Program-made: the position numbers and the translations under genes
Notes under the pieces: model-generated
Told to the model about the DNA's origin: nothing
What the model saw: the letters and a program-made list of their open reading frames with translations, nothing else
Database searches by the model: none
Assembly: GCF_030684315.1 (NCBI RefSeq)
Contig: NC_081387.1
Span: 23,120,647 to 23,184,646, forward strand
Direction of reading: 5' to 3'
DNA: 64,000 nt
From: Stegostoma tigrinum
Lineage: Eukaryota
Shown here: positions 23,101-33,800 of the stretch, piece after piece
How the letters are laid out: each line of letters opens with the position of its first letter
Position numbering within the stretch: position 1 is the first letter of the stretch

Positions 23101-26100
23101 GTTTGTGCTGTGCCTTGTATCCAGTAAAAAATGATGTCCTGTGATTGAATAACCAGATAAGGTTTACTCTCTCAGGCCAGATGTGAAGAAAAGACCACAT
23201 GAGCAAGACATGACGGAGCTGCCCAGGGAAGTGTAGCATCCTTAGTGTAATTAGTGTTATTATTATAAGAGAAACTGTCTCATGAATAAATGTCATTGTT
23301 TAGAAGATATATAGTAACACTGATGTATATTCGCCTGTACAAAAGTAAGGGTTACATTAAGAATGATGTTGTTGTACAGTATCATGAAAGGATGTTTCAA
23401 AACGCTTGAGAAACAAGATGTTTCCGAGGTGTGTTCATTGTTTCATTGTGAGAAATTCTGCAGCAATGTCCCACAAACAGAGTGTGATGCAATGCGTGAG
23501 CTGTGATGTTGGCTGAGGAAAAATGTTGACCAGGGACAATCCCATGGATCGTCAGAGCAGTCCCACGGGATGTTTTATGTCCAACTGATGGGGCAGACAA
23601 GGCTCGGTTTAACAAGATATACAAGATAATGAGAGGCATAGATAGAGTTGATAGCCAGAGACTATTTCCCAGGGCAGAAATGGCTAGCACGAGGGGTCAT
23701 AGTTTTAAGCTGGTTGGTGGAAAGTATAGAGGGGATGTCAGAGGCAGGTTCTTTACGCAGAGAGTTGTGAGAGCATGGAATGCGTTGCCAGCAGCAGTTG
23801 TGGAAGCAAGGTCATTGGGGTCATTTAAGAGACTACTGGATATGCATACGGTCACAGAAATGAGAGGGTGTATACATGAGGATCAATGGTCGGCACAACA
23901 TTGTGGGCTGAAGGGCCTGTTCTGTGCTGTACTGTTCTATGTTCTATGTTCTATGTTATCTCACTTGAAAGATGACACCTCTGACTGTGTAGCAGTCCCT
24001 CAGCACTGCACTGGGAGGGTCAGTGTGGATGACATGCTGAGATGTTTGGAGGAGAATCTACAACCTCTTGCCTCAGAGGTGAAAGAGATACAACAGAATC
24101 GAGGCTAACACCTGTTTGGGTAAGATCTCAACACTCAAACCACTTCAAATACGGAGAACCTTTGTTTGAATTCACGGTGGGACATGGACATCACTGGCTG
24201 GGTCAGCATTTATTGCTAATCCTAGTAGCCCTTGAGAAGGCGGTGATGAGATGCCTTCTAAAACCGCTGTAGGCATCGTGGTATCACATTGGTATCACAT
24301 GGATTGAGTATCATATTGATGTACCTACCAATAATTTAGTGTTTGTGACAACCAAATCAATGAAGTGTATTAACAGCTTGATTTCTATTTTTAGGTCGGT
24401 GGAAATCTGTCAGTGATTCAGGTACGGTATACTGTTTGTCTTGAAATGTGGGTCAGTGAGGACATGGCTGATAGTGACTGAGATTTGCTGCACGTTAAAA
24501 CACAGCAGCAAACTTCTCCATGACCTTAAGTTTATAGAAGGTAAAATCTGGGAGAGCAGCCTGCAGTGCATTAAGGGAGTCAAGATTGGAGCAGGACTTC
24601 CCAAACTGTGGGAACCCCCGACTGGGATCACTTAAACACCAGATGGGGTTGTATGCTCCCCACTCCTTTGAGTCCATGCCCCCACACAGGCATCAAGATC
24701 CAGGTGGTATCTGGCCCTCCCTGTTCACCTCACTGTTCACCTCGAGATGGAGTGGGGGAAGCAATGGAGGGATGGAGGGCGGGGTAGGGAGGCGTTCTAA
24801 AGGTTCTATTATTTAGGCTGTGAATCCTGAAAAAGAAGCCACAGGCCCCGTCCATTTGACTCAGACTGGGCTGAAAGGAACGGCGTTCCAGGATCTTAAT
24901 GCAGTGACAGTAAAGGAACAGTGACATGGTTCCAAATCGGCATGGTGCGTGGTATGGAAAGGTGTTTCAGTGAGTCTGTTGTACCTGTATTTCTCGGTGA
25001 GACAGGTTGTAGGTTTGGAGGGAGTTATCAGAGAACACTGATGGTGCAGTGAGTTACAGTAATGCATCTTATAGCTGGGACACACTGCTGCCGTTGTCCA
25101 TCAGTACGGGCTGAACTGAATGTTTAAGGTGGTGGATTGAGTTCTGAAAGGTCAGGTCGATTGGCCCTGCAAAGGGTCAAGTTTTAGTGGTGTTGTTGTT
25201 GCAGGACATCTCTACGTAATTGGCAAATATTTTATCACATTCCTTGTAGGTGTTTGACTGACGTTGGTCAGTCAGGAGCTGAGTCACTGCCAGCAGATTT
25301 CCCTGTTCTCATCGTGACAGTATTTATGTCGCTGGTCTGGTTAAGTTTCAGGCGAATGATCAACTCCCAAGATGTTGTTGGTTGGCAATCAGTGATGGTG
25401 GGAATGTTGATTGTCAGTGCAGCTGGTTAAATGCCCACTTCTGAGAGATGGTCATTGCCTGGCACTTGTGTGCCAGCGGCATTACTGATTATATAAAGCG
25501 ACCTGTCTCAGCTTTCTCTGTGCCCTCACACGGGAGTAGGATGTAACATGTCACTGCTGCTGTTGGTGTGAAACTTTGAAATGGTTTTGAAAAAGATTAA
25601 AGACCGGAATGAGGAAATTCTTCCCTTACCGCCCAGACTGCAGCTTAACTTTCTCAACATTTTCAGGCTAATGCCTTCCAATTCACAGCCAGCAGTTAAA
25701 AGTTCACGTGCCATTTTCTTCTGTGGAATTATATACATGCTGATTTCCCCGGTTTCACTGGTTTCTTGTTTCTGATTTCAGATTGGAAGAATATTTCGAA
25801 GTGCAAAGGTAAGGTCCTTATGCTATCACAATGAGTATTTATGGAAGAGTAACTACAAGGGATTTTATCCCTGAGCCACCTTCTCTTGTCACTCTCCAGT
25901 AACAATGTGCATCCTTCAGGGGAACTTTCTGGGTTCCTGTTGCTGCATCAGGGTATCAAACCCCAGCAGCACCGATTGGGAAATAGCTGCTACACTGCCC
26001 ACAATTTTCCGTCTATCGATGGGAATGAATGGCAGATCAAGAGCAGCATGGATGCAGTTTCCAATCTGCATGACAATTGGGCGACTCACAGGCCAGCAAT

Positions 26101-29100
26101 GTGAACTCAGAAAACCAGCTCTGAAGTTGGAAGATTTCTGTATTTTTAACAGGTATAATTCATATAGTTCAGTGTCTGTCACTCTTATCCTTTCCATCCT
26201 GTGACTCCTGGTCTGTTCCTGATCTAATTCAGCCTGAGGACATTGCACCTGTTCCTTGGGTATGGTCCGAGGTCCAGTCATCTTTCGCTGCATTTTAATT
26301 TATTTTTGGAATGTGTACATTTATTTTCCATCCTTTATTTCCCTTGAGGAGGTGCAGTTGAGCAGGCTCCTAGAACAATGGGAGATCACGTGGTGTTGAT
26401 GCACCCACAAAGCTGTCAGGGGTGTATTCCCAGAATGTTATGCCAACAATAGTGAAGGAACAGCAGTATAGTTCCCATTCAGGATGGTGTCTGAGTGTGA
26501 GGAGGGGCCTTGTAACTGTCGGGTGGTGATGACCCCATGCATCTGCTTCCATTGTCTTCCACGGTGGTGGGGGTCAGGGGTTTATCAGGAAATTGAATGG
26601 ACACATAATGCGAGTAAAGCTGCAAGGTTTGGGGATTACAATGGAGGAATAGAACTGACTGAATTGTTTTATAGAGAGCTGGGATTGACATGAAGGCTAA
26701 ATCACCACTGTCTGTGCCATTGTGACTCTGAGAGGCTGCTGTAGGAGGAAGCTGAGTGAGTGCATGCAGTGTACCTCGTGTGTGGTACGCACTGCTACCA
26801 GTATGCAGACAGCAGTGTGCACCAGAGGGGGCTTATCGTCACAGGCCCAGTGACCTGTAAATGTCAGAGCAGTAACGGTTTCAAAGTCTGTGTCTCTGTA
26901 GGAAGGTGGTCACTGGACCATTCACCGCAATGAATGAGGAGCTGAGCCCAAAGGGAAGTGGTGGGATCCCAGTATCGGTGATTTGATTCGATTTATTTTT
27001 GTCACAAGTACTGAGGTACAGTGCAAAGTATTGCTTTGCAAGCTATCCGGGGGAATTATAACGTACCTAAGTACATCAGGAGAATAGAACAAAATGCCGA
27101 ATACAATGTTACAGCTGCAGAGAAAGATCAATTTGAATATATGATAGGTCTGTTCATTATGTGGTTTCAAACTGTTGTATCTTCTGCCCAATGGAAGAGG
27201 GTGGAAGGGAATGGTACTCAATTTCCACAGTTCAGGATCATGCCATGCATTTTTCCAGGTATCTCTGGGCACTCCCATCGTGTGGCTCCTCACTTAGTTA
27301 AGAAGAATGCCAATGCTATGTTGAAGAGGGCCAGCCAGTATCTATGGATTTCCAGTCTGAATGATCAATGTGAGAGGTTTATAGGAATCGGGTTCGTTGC
27401 TGGATTCTCCCATGTGTCAGAGATCCTTGATTGCACGTTGGTCTTACCCAACAGGAAAGACTTTCACTCAACGTACAGCTGTTCTGAAGCTATTAGTAAA
27501 TGTTTCTTCAGGCCTCAGTGAGGAGATTTCTCACAATACTTACACTCTCAGGCACTCCTGACCTTCTCAGGCCCCACTTGTGTCTTCAAGATGAATGCTG
27601 GGTGGCCAGGGCTACCTGGTGAAGACACAGTTCCTCCTATTTCTATCGAATCTATCCCAGATGATATTGAACTTCTTGTGTATCCATCAGACTCCTGAAG
27701 GCTTCTTCATCGATGCTTTGGAGTGTCAGGGCATGAGATACTGACCTTTGACCTGGAGCTGTAGCTACAGTATTTGTTTGACTGGTGCATCTGTGGCTGG
27801 TGGTCACATTGCATAAAGCTGATGGTTATTCGGTGATGGCAATGCTGTTGGATGTTAAGAGGAGATATGTAGGCAATTGCTTGGTACTTCTATATCATGA
27901 AAATAACTTGTTAGTTCAAGCCTGGATGTTGTCCAGGTCACTTGCATATGGATGCAGACTGCTTCAGTATCTGAGGAGCGGTGAATAGTGCTGAGTGTTG
28001 TACCCCAGGCAGCTAAAGATGGTTGGGTCGAGGAAGAGATGTTTCATCACATCTCTGAGCAGCTTGATTCGAAAGTATCTTCCCCGAGGAGCTGCTGTAG
28101 TGATGTCTCTTGCTGAGATTATTGATTTCCAGCAACCACATCCAACTTCCTTTGGACAGGAAATGATTCCAAACGATGAACAATCCTGCCCTTTTGATTC
28201 GAAATGGCTTCCATTTTACAAGGATTCTTTGGTGCCACACTTTGTCAAGTACAGCCTTGATCTCAGGTACAGTTGCACTCAGCTTGCCTCTGCATTTCAG
28301 CTTTTTGTTCATGTTTGGAGAAAACCTGCAATAAAGCTTAGAGCAGAGCCATCCTAACAGACTGAAACTGAGCGTCGGTGAGCAGGCTATTGCTAAATTA
28401 TACCCCCTTGATAGCGCAGTCAAAAATATCTTCACTCACTGCAGTGGGCCAGGATTAGATTGAGAGTGCTGTATTTGGTGGAATTGGAAACTGACTCAGG
28501 ACTGGCCTTCTGTCTTGGTGGTAAAGTCATGAGATTAAAAAGTGAGGGTGTGAAATTCTGCTGCTCACAGACTGTTGGACCTCAAAGATGTTTGGATTTC
28601 AAGATCAGTTTTTTTTCTAACAACAAAATGAGGCAGAGACTGATGAAAATACTTTGCAGATGAGTCAACAGCTGTGGTAAAGGGAAGATTAAAGCTTGAG
28701 GTTCCAGCAAATGACTTTTCATCAGAATATTTTGCATTCTCTGAGTTTTACCAGAACTGACCCTTTTATATTTCTGTAACTCCACAGCCACTAAAACTCG
28801 AATTTTCATCAACTTGAGCTTTGCTCTCTCCAGGCCTGTCAGATGAAATTTTAGAGGCAGCTTTTATCCATCACAACCTTCCCTGCAGCAATCTCTCCTC
28901 AAATCTGTTCCTATACTTCTGCTATCCCTTTAAAAGACGTCCTGTTGAAATCCTGTTTTTCCCGGTTTGCTTCCTCTCTGTAAAGTGCTTTCAGGCATCT
29001 GTCTATCAGCCAGGAGTGATACAGATTACAAGCTTTTGTTCTCCTGAACATGATTTTTGTTCCAATAACCCTGGCTTCATTTTGGATTTCAGTCATTAGT

Positions 29101-29667
29101 TTTGATTGATTTAACTGAACCTCTCAGATTTTTCCCTTTCTATTTCCAGTCCCTGTAAATCTGGATGCAGAAACAGCAAACCCAAAGCTTGAGGTATCCA
29201 AAGATCGGAAGAAGGTGAGATTGACCCAGACAGCATTGAGCGTCGACAACAATGAAGAGAGGTTTACAGTCTTGGAATCAGTGCTGGGATCAGAGGAATT
29301 TACTTCAGGCTCACACTACTGGGAGGTGGATGTGGTGGGGAATCAGCACTGGACTGTGGGAGTAGCCACACTATCTGTGGAGAGGAAGAAAGAAATCCAA
29401 GTGAAAGCAGAGAATGGTCTGTGGACGATTGGTAGGGCTGGGGATAAATTTCAGGCAAACGCTGAAAATACAATCGATATCCAAGCTGGTGAGGTTCCCA
29501 CGAAAATTGGTGTTTATCTCAGTTATGAGACCGGGACTGTTTCATTTTACAGCGCAGATACAAAGATTTACCTGCACATTTTCACTGGATGTGGATTCAC
29601 AGAGAAACTGTATCCTTTCTTCAGTACAACAGTCTGTAACACGTGGCTGAGAATCTGCCCAGTTTAA
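5104..29667 (+). CDS. Butyrophilin-like protein (BTN/BTNL family; BTN1A1/BTN2/BTN3-like architecture), complete multi-exon gene, 471 aa
   Basis: join(5104-5161,9088-9435,12359-12643,17258-17377,18062-18094,24395-24421,25782-25808,29150-29667) = 1416 nt with an open frame; every intron is GT-AG and phase 1. Domain order SP-IgV-IgC-TM-short exons-B30.2 is the butyrophilin signature. Additional micro-exons in the long introns cannot be excluded. Confidence 0.93.
6778..7110 (-). mobile_element. CR1 LINE 3' fragment
   Basis: [29 protein letters not shown]...[14 protein letters not shown]; (catagaa)n tail; a shorter CR1 piece lies at 6216-6400. Confidence 0.88.
7868..8189 (-). mobile_element. HE1-type V-SINE (tRNA-derived)
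   Basis: Reverse complement of gtggctcagtg...ggttcgattc...gtctgcgtgggtttcctccgggtgctccggtttcctcccacagtcc; CR1-like tail. Confidence 0.9.
9088..9435 (+). CDS. Butyrophilin-like IgV exon
   Basis: 348 nt; [23 protein letters not shown]...VRWF...[34 protein letters not shown]...ELKVG, classic BTN/MOG-type V-set; ctgcag acceptor, G|gtgagt donor. Confidence 0.96.
12359..12643 (+). CDS. Butyrophilin-like IgC exon
   Basis: 285 nt; [35 protein letters not shown]...[14 protein letters not shown] matches BTN C-domain motif (GIRLxCxSxGWFPQP); tag acceptor, G|gtcagt donor. Confidence 0.95.
12869..16150 (+). mobile_element. Near full-length degenerate ORF2-only non-LTR retrotransposon (APE endonuclease + RT, Jockey/CR1 group) with tRNA-like 5' head; in BTN intron
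   Basis: [53 protein letters not shown]; many stops and frameshifts; A-rich end. Confidence 0.92.
17258..17377 (+). CDS. Butyrophilin-like transmembrane exon
   Basis: [40 protein letters not shown]; FFP motif then hydrophobic helix; tttgcag acceptor, G|gtacag donor. Confidence 0.9.
17618..17758. repeat. Inverted repeat formed from two Penelope pLTR ends
   Basis: Arms 17648-17698 and 17707-17758 are near-perfect reverse complements with an 8-nt loop; same sequence as element end at 45491-45570. Confidence 0.85.
18062..18094 (+). CDS. Butyrophilin-like cytoplasmic micro-exon (33 nt, [11 protein letters not shown])
   Basis: atttctttcag acceptor, G|gtaaga donor, phase 1/1, no stop. Confidence 0.75.
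18820..22512 (+). mobile_element. Degenerate CR1 LINE (ORF1 esterase end + ORF2), interrupted by SINE at ~20306-20640
   Basis: [10 protein letters not shown]...VNAWLRSWC; PGPDQVHP; QHGF; [21 protein letters not shown]. Confidence 0.9.
20306..20640 (+). mobile_element. tRNA-derived bipartite SINE (same family as 2365-2723)
   Basis: Box A tggtgcagtgg, box B ggttcaaatcc, same body and tail. Confidence 0.85.
23370..24110 (-). mobile_element. Deu-domain SINE (SacSINE1/AmnSINE1-like), split by a CR1 3' fragment
   Basis: ggggcagacaaggctcggtttaac...atctcacttgaaagatgacacctctgactgtgtagcagtccctcagcactgcactgg resembles the reverse-complement Deu core (recognised from memory). Confidence 0.65.
23615..23957 (+). 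mobile_element. Young CR1 LINE 3' fragment
   Basis: [28 protein letters not shown]...; (gttctat)n tail; nearly identical to 30148-30482. Confidence 0.9.
24395..24421 (+). CDS. Butyrophilin-like cytoplasmic micro-exon (27 nt, GRWKSVSDS)
   Basis: tttctatttttag acceptor, G|gtacgg donor, phase 1/1, 27 nt size typical of BTN juxtamembrane exons. Confidence 0.6.
25782..25808 (+). CDS. Butyrophilin-like cytoplasmic micro-exon (27 nt, DWKNISKCK)
   Basis: ttcttgtttctgatttcag acceptor, G|gtaagg donor; W-K motif typical of the exon preceding B30.2. Confidence 0.78.
29150..29667 (+). CDS. Butyrophilin-like B30.2 (PRY/SPRY) terminal exon
   Basis: [23 protein letters not shown]...ERF...[18 protein letters not shown]...[16 protein letters not shown]...LYPFF...LRICPV*; ttctatttccag acceptor. 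Confidence 0.97.
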
Positions 29668-29934
29668 CATTGTTTCTGTGAAAAGTTTCTAACCTGAAGG
29701 TTTCTACAAAGTATTTTACAGTTTAACAGGAAAAAAGGGACCTAGAATCATGCCATTTTACAAAACGCTGTCTGATTGTCTGAGCTTTTAAGTGATGTAA
29801 TATGCATTTGATCAGATTCACAGAGAGGAGGTGGTTTCCCTCCATGTAAACCACTGATAGGCCAGGGATTGTCTTACTTTGGAGAAGAGGAGGAGGAGGA
29901 GAGGGGACCTAATTGAGGTATACAATTGAGGTAT

Positions 29935-30147
29935 CCCCTGAGAAAAAGAACAGGAAATGACATCGCCAACCCAAGGAAACCTAACCAGATAAATAGAAAG
30001 CGGGACATAACACCAGCGCTTTTTCGGAGGCTCACTGATGATGTTACCTAGAATGGTGACGAAACGTCTGAAAACTAACCTTCCAGCTCAGCGAGCAAAC
30101 TCACATCCAGAACCTCAACCTGAGCTACAAATCTTCTCAAAACTCGC
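29935..30147 (+). mobile_element. Penelope-like pLTR fragment inserted in a CR1 3' fragment
   Basis: Carries hammerhead core; flanked by direct repeat TGAGGTAT (29927-34, 30148-55). Confidence 0.7.
30026..30085 (+). ncRNA. Minimal type-I hammerhead ribozyme motif (Penelope pLTR-derived)
   Basis: CTGATGA 30035-41, stem II GTTACC/GGTGAC with 6-nt loop, GAAA 30061-64, CG, cleavage triplet GTC ending 30068; stem I TCA/TGA plus GGAGG/CCTTC. Confidence 0.7.
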
Positions 30148-30507
30148 TGAGGTATACAAGATAATGAGAGGCATAGATAGAGTTGATAGCCAGAGACTAT
30201 TTCCCAGGGCAGAAATGACTAACACGAGGGGTCATAGTTTTAAGCTGTTTGGAGGAAAGTATAGAGGGGATGTCAGAGGCGGGTTCTTTACACAGGGAGT
30301 TGTGAGAGCATGGAATGCGTTGCCAGCAGCAGTTGTGGAAGCAAGGTCATTGGAGACATTTAAGAGACTGCTGGACATGCATATGGTCACAGAAATTTGA
30401 GGGTGCATACATGAGGATCAATGGTCGGGACAACATTGTGGGCTGAAGGGCCTGTTCTGTACTGTACTGTTCTATGTTCTAGATGGATTTGTCATCCACC
30501 TGCTCCC

Positions 30508-30820
30508 AGGGGAGCTGATGGCCGAGTGGTTTTATCATTAGACTGTTAATCCAGAGACCCAGATAATGTTCAATTTTTTTCTGAAAAGTCTGGAATTAAG
30601 AGTCTAATAATGACCATAAATCCATTGTCAATTGGTGTAAAAACCCATCTGGTTCACTAATGTCCTTTAGGGAAGGATAGTGCCCTCCTTACCTGGTCTG
30701 GCCGACATGTGACCCCAGACCCACAGCAATGTGGTTGACTCTGAACTGCCGTCTGGGCAATAAATGCTACCCTGGTCTACAATGTGCTCGTCCCATAAAT
30801 TAATAAGTAAAATAAAAAGA
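30508..30820 (+). mobile_element. tRNA-derived bipartite SINE (same family as 2365-2723)
   Basis: tggccgagtgg head, shared body, AATAAA in tail; minus-strand relatives at ~16680-16950, 22530-22790, 48800-49080. Confidence 0.8.
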
Positions 30821-33800
30821 TTATTCTGGAATCCATGTTACCAGAGACTTCACTGTTTCAACTGAGTCTTAGGATTGGATAATGTGACCTGTGTCTCAGT
30901 CTGGAATCAGATGAGGGTCAGCGCTACAATATACTTGAACAGTAAATGAGCTGGATTTTGATGTGTAGAATGAGTACCTGATGTGGGAAGCAATGTCATA
31001 CTTAGCAAAAGGTTTGAAATGAATTTGAGACAAAATAGAAACTGTTGGTAAAGCTCAGCAGGTCTGGCAGTATCTGTGGAAAGAAATCAGAGTTAATGTT
31101 TCAGGTCGAGTGACTGTTTTCCTTCAGGGTGCAGTGAGTATGTAGCTAATGGTTCATGTGCTTTACTCTACAGCTTTTGTTCTTTCGAGTTAAGTTTATG
31201 TGTACGAATGGATAAATGTGAAACAAAGTGCATCTTCAATTCCATTACACCTGAAAGGTTAGGGCAATGTTTCTTTTAGAGGTTAACATCTCCAAATGTA
31301 TGATCATGAAAAAATGTGGAATTGCTTGGCTGGAGAGGCAGAGATTTAGTGGTGAAGCTGCTTGCAAAGAAATAGAGTTGAGGGAGATGTTTTTATCTGT
31401 AATTTAGAGCTAAATTATGATACAAGTTTTACAGAAATCTGATCTGAGAAGAAATTGTAGAGGAAGAATCCTCAAGAGATCAGTGTGACTATAGCCCAGG
31501 ACAGGTTACATCATCATGCTCCTGGGGAGAGCTTAAGGAGATTTTCTGGTTTAAATTTCTTTTTGCTGAGGGAGGTGGTTAGTTGTCGTTTGGAACTGGG
31601 AGTGTTGCAGAAAAGAAATGGCTTCCAGCAACACAAGTACCGTCATTCGCAGTCTCTAGGTAGTTCGGTCCCAGAGAGTGTGGCTCCAAACCTTTTGAAA
31701 AGGGGTTAAAAGACAGAAGCCCAGTGCAGCTGAGTGTGGGATGAAGGAAGTTCACAAAAAGTTTTTGCTTCTGAGGCTGGACCTTGAAGAGTGAAGATTC
31801 GGACTCCCTTGTGAAGGAAACAAAATTTTGTGACACAAGGCGGTCACTAATATCTGGATGGGTTCCCGAGAAATCTACAGACCTTGTTGTGGTTGTATCT
31901 GCCATTCACAGTGCAGAATATCGGGGAGCCGAGCACGATTTGTTTGTGAACTCGGGGTTACTAAGTTAATTCTGAATGTTCAAGTGTGAGTTTTTAAAAA
32001 AGACAGACATAGCCTACTCCGTGTCCTGTTTTCCAGTTAATACTGCCTGAACTGGTGCTTATCTCCATGTTCTGCTACTTTTGTTCAACTGTACGAAGCA
32101 TTTTGCTTTTCCTTGCACAGTGTGAATTGTATAATTGAATATTATGACTGCGATGGGACAATGAGCACGAATAGTCAAGCCTCATGACTCCTCCAGTGAC
32201 ATCATTTGTACAAATGGAAAATACCCATTTGCTTCTCCTTTGTATTTCTAATAAACATAAAAGAAACATCACCGGGCTTCATTGCTGCGCTCACATCATT
32301 TGTTTACTGTCGCTCAGTCTCAGTCAGGGACTGTATGGATAAGTGAGCCCCAGGGTTCCACAAACCATCACAAATGTGTAAATACCCAATTAAATCACCA
32401 AGATGCCCAATTTGTCGAACTGACTCTGATTCAGGTTAAAATTAATTCACACCAGGGTTTGTCCTAATAGGAAAAATAACCATTTATTGTAAACCAACTT
32501 CATGTTTTCCAAGTGACAAAAGAAAAATAGATTTCCCATTTCCTGCAATGTGGGTTACGTTGCATCCCTCTTTGTGAATGTTTGTTTCTTTTCTCCGCAA
32601 TGGACCTCGGTCTTTTTCAGTCATGGAATTCTTCCTTCACAAATTTCTTGATTGTCTTTTCCACTCACAGTGAAAAAGGAAGGGAACTGTTTCTTTCCTG
32701 CAGGCTTTTGAAACTCTCGCGACGATGAGGGAGAAACTTTCTCTTTTCAGGGCTTAGGGTGTCTCACACAGCAAAGGGAGAGGGAGCTATTCCCTTGCTC
32801 GGGCTTCCGATATCTCCCTGGCTGCATTACACACAGGACCAATCAGAAAGCTGCTGTCAAGCAGCTGTTCTTTACTCAAATGAAGATTTTGAGGCAATGT
32901 AACAATCTCCCTTGTCCTAAACGAATTAGCAATGTGTAAAGCTTTCGACAGGTGCCATTAAATTTGCACATTGCTGTGCGGAGGAAATATGAGGATGGTT
33001 TGCAATGTCCAAATTCCATTCCAGTTGCACTTCAGAAGAAAAATATATAGTCTTTGCATTATGAATAAAACTTACTCTTGATTTGGAAATATATTGCCAT
33101 TCCATTATCTTGTCTGGTTCAGAATTCCTGGGGTTTGCTCCCTGTTATCTGTGTCTTCTACAGCGTATGGACTGCAATGAGTCAAGAAAACAGCACCACC
33201 TTCTCAAGGGCAATGAGGCCAAGGGGATAAATGTGAGCTCGGGGAGCAACACCCACGTCCCATCAGTCCCTTTAGAAAGAAAAGGGCAAACTCTGGTGAG
33301 CACCAAAACTGTGATCTGGAATTAAATTTACACTGCACAATCCCACACAAGGACCCATAAAAACACAACAAATCTCTTTTGGAAACGATAGGATTTTAGA
33401 AAGAGAAAGGGAAAGGACATTTGCTGGATTTGGATGGACACAATAAAATGTGATGAACACTCACACTTGCTGAATTTCTTGCTGATGAAGCTGAATCTCT
33501 GACAGCTGCAGATTGATGATAAATGTTCGGTTCTGATTCCAGTCAAGTTGGATTCAAATTCTTGAGAATTGGACAGAGTCAACAACTTCAGGTTTGACCA
33601 AGGAGTTCTCAATAACAGGATTCCAGGTGTCTGTAGCTTCTGAAGTATCTGCTTCATTCACTGACTGCTGGATCTGCAAAACCAAACTCTGGGCCAGATT
33701 TTTAAATGAGAAGCAATCACACATGGATTGCCATTCCACTCCTTCCTTTTAATGTAAGGGAAGATCTTCCCATTTTTAACAGGAGAGTCCCATCAGGGCA

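Larger units (their letters stand above)
29860..30482 (+). mobile_element. CR1 LINE 3' fragment
   Basis: [33 protein letters not shown]...[14 protein letters not shown] and gttctatgttct tail. Confidence 0.88.

Noticed and set aside
27021-28435. Several 120-166 aa ORFs in the last BTN intron
   Set aside because: No host-domain motifs; overlap decayed LINE remnants (e.g. minus-strand [11 protein letters not shown] resembling the RT YRPISL motif)
29215-29667. Stand-alone SPRY or TRIM gene
   Set aside because: No RING/B-box exons seen; the exon splices in frame to upstream TM and Ig exons
31270-33060. Possible solo LTRs of Gypsy/ERV type
   Set aside because: Composition suggestive, but I could not fix TG...CA ends, TSDs, PBS or a partner LTR
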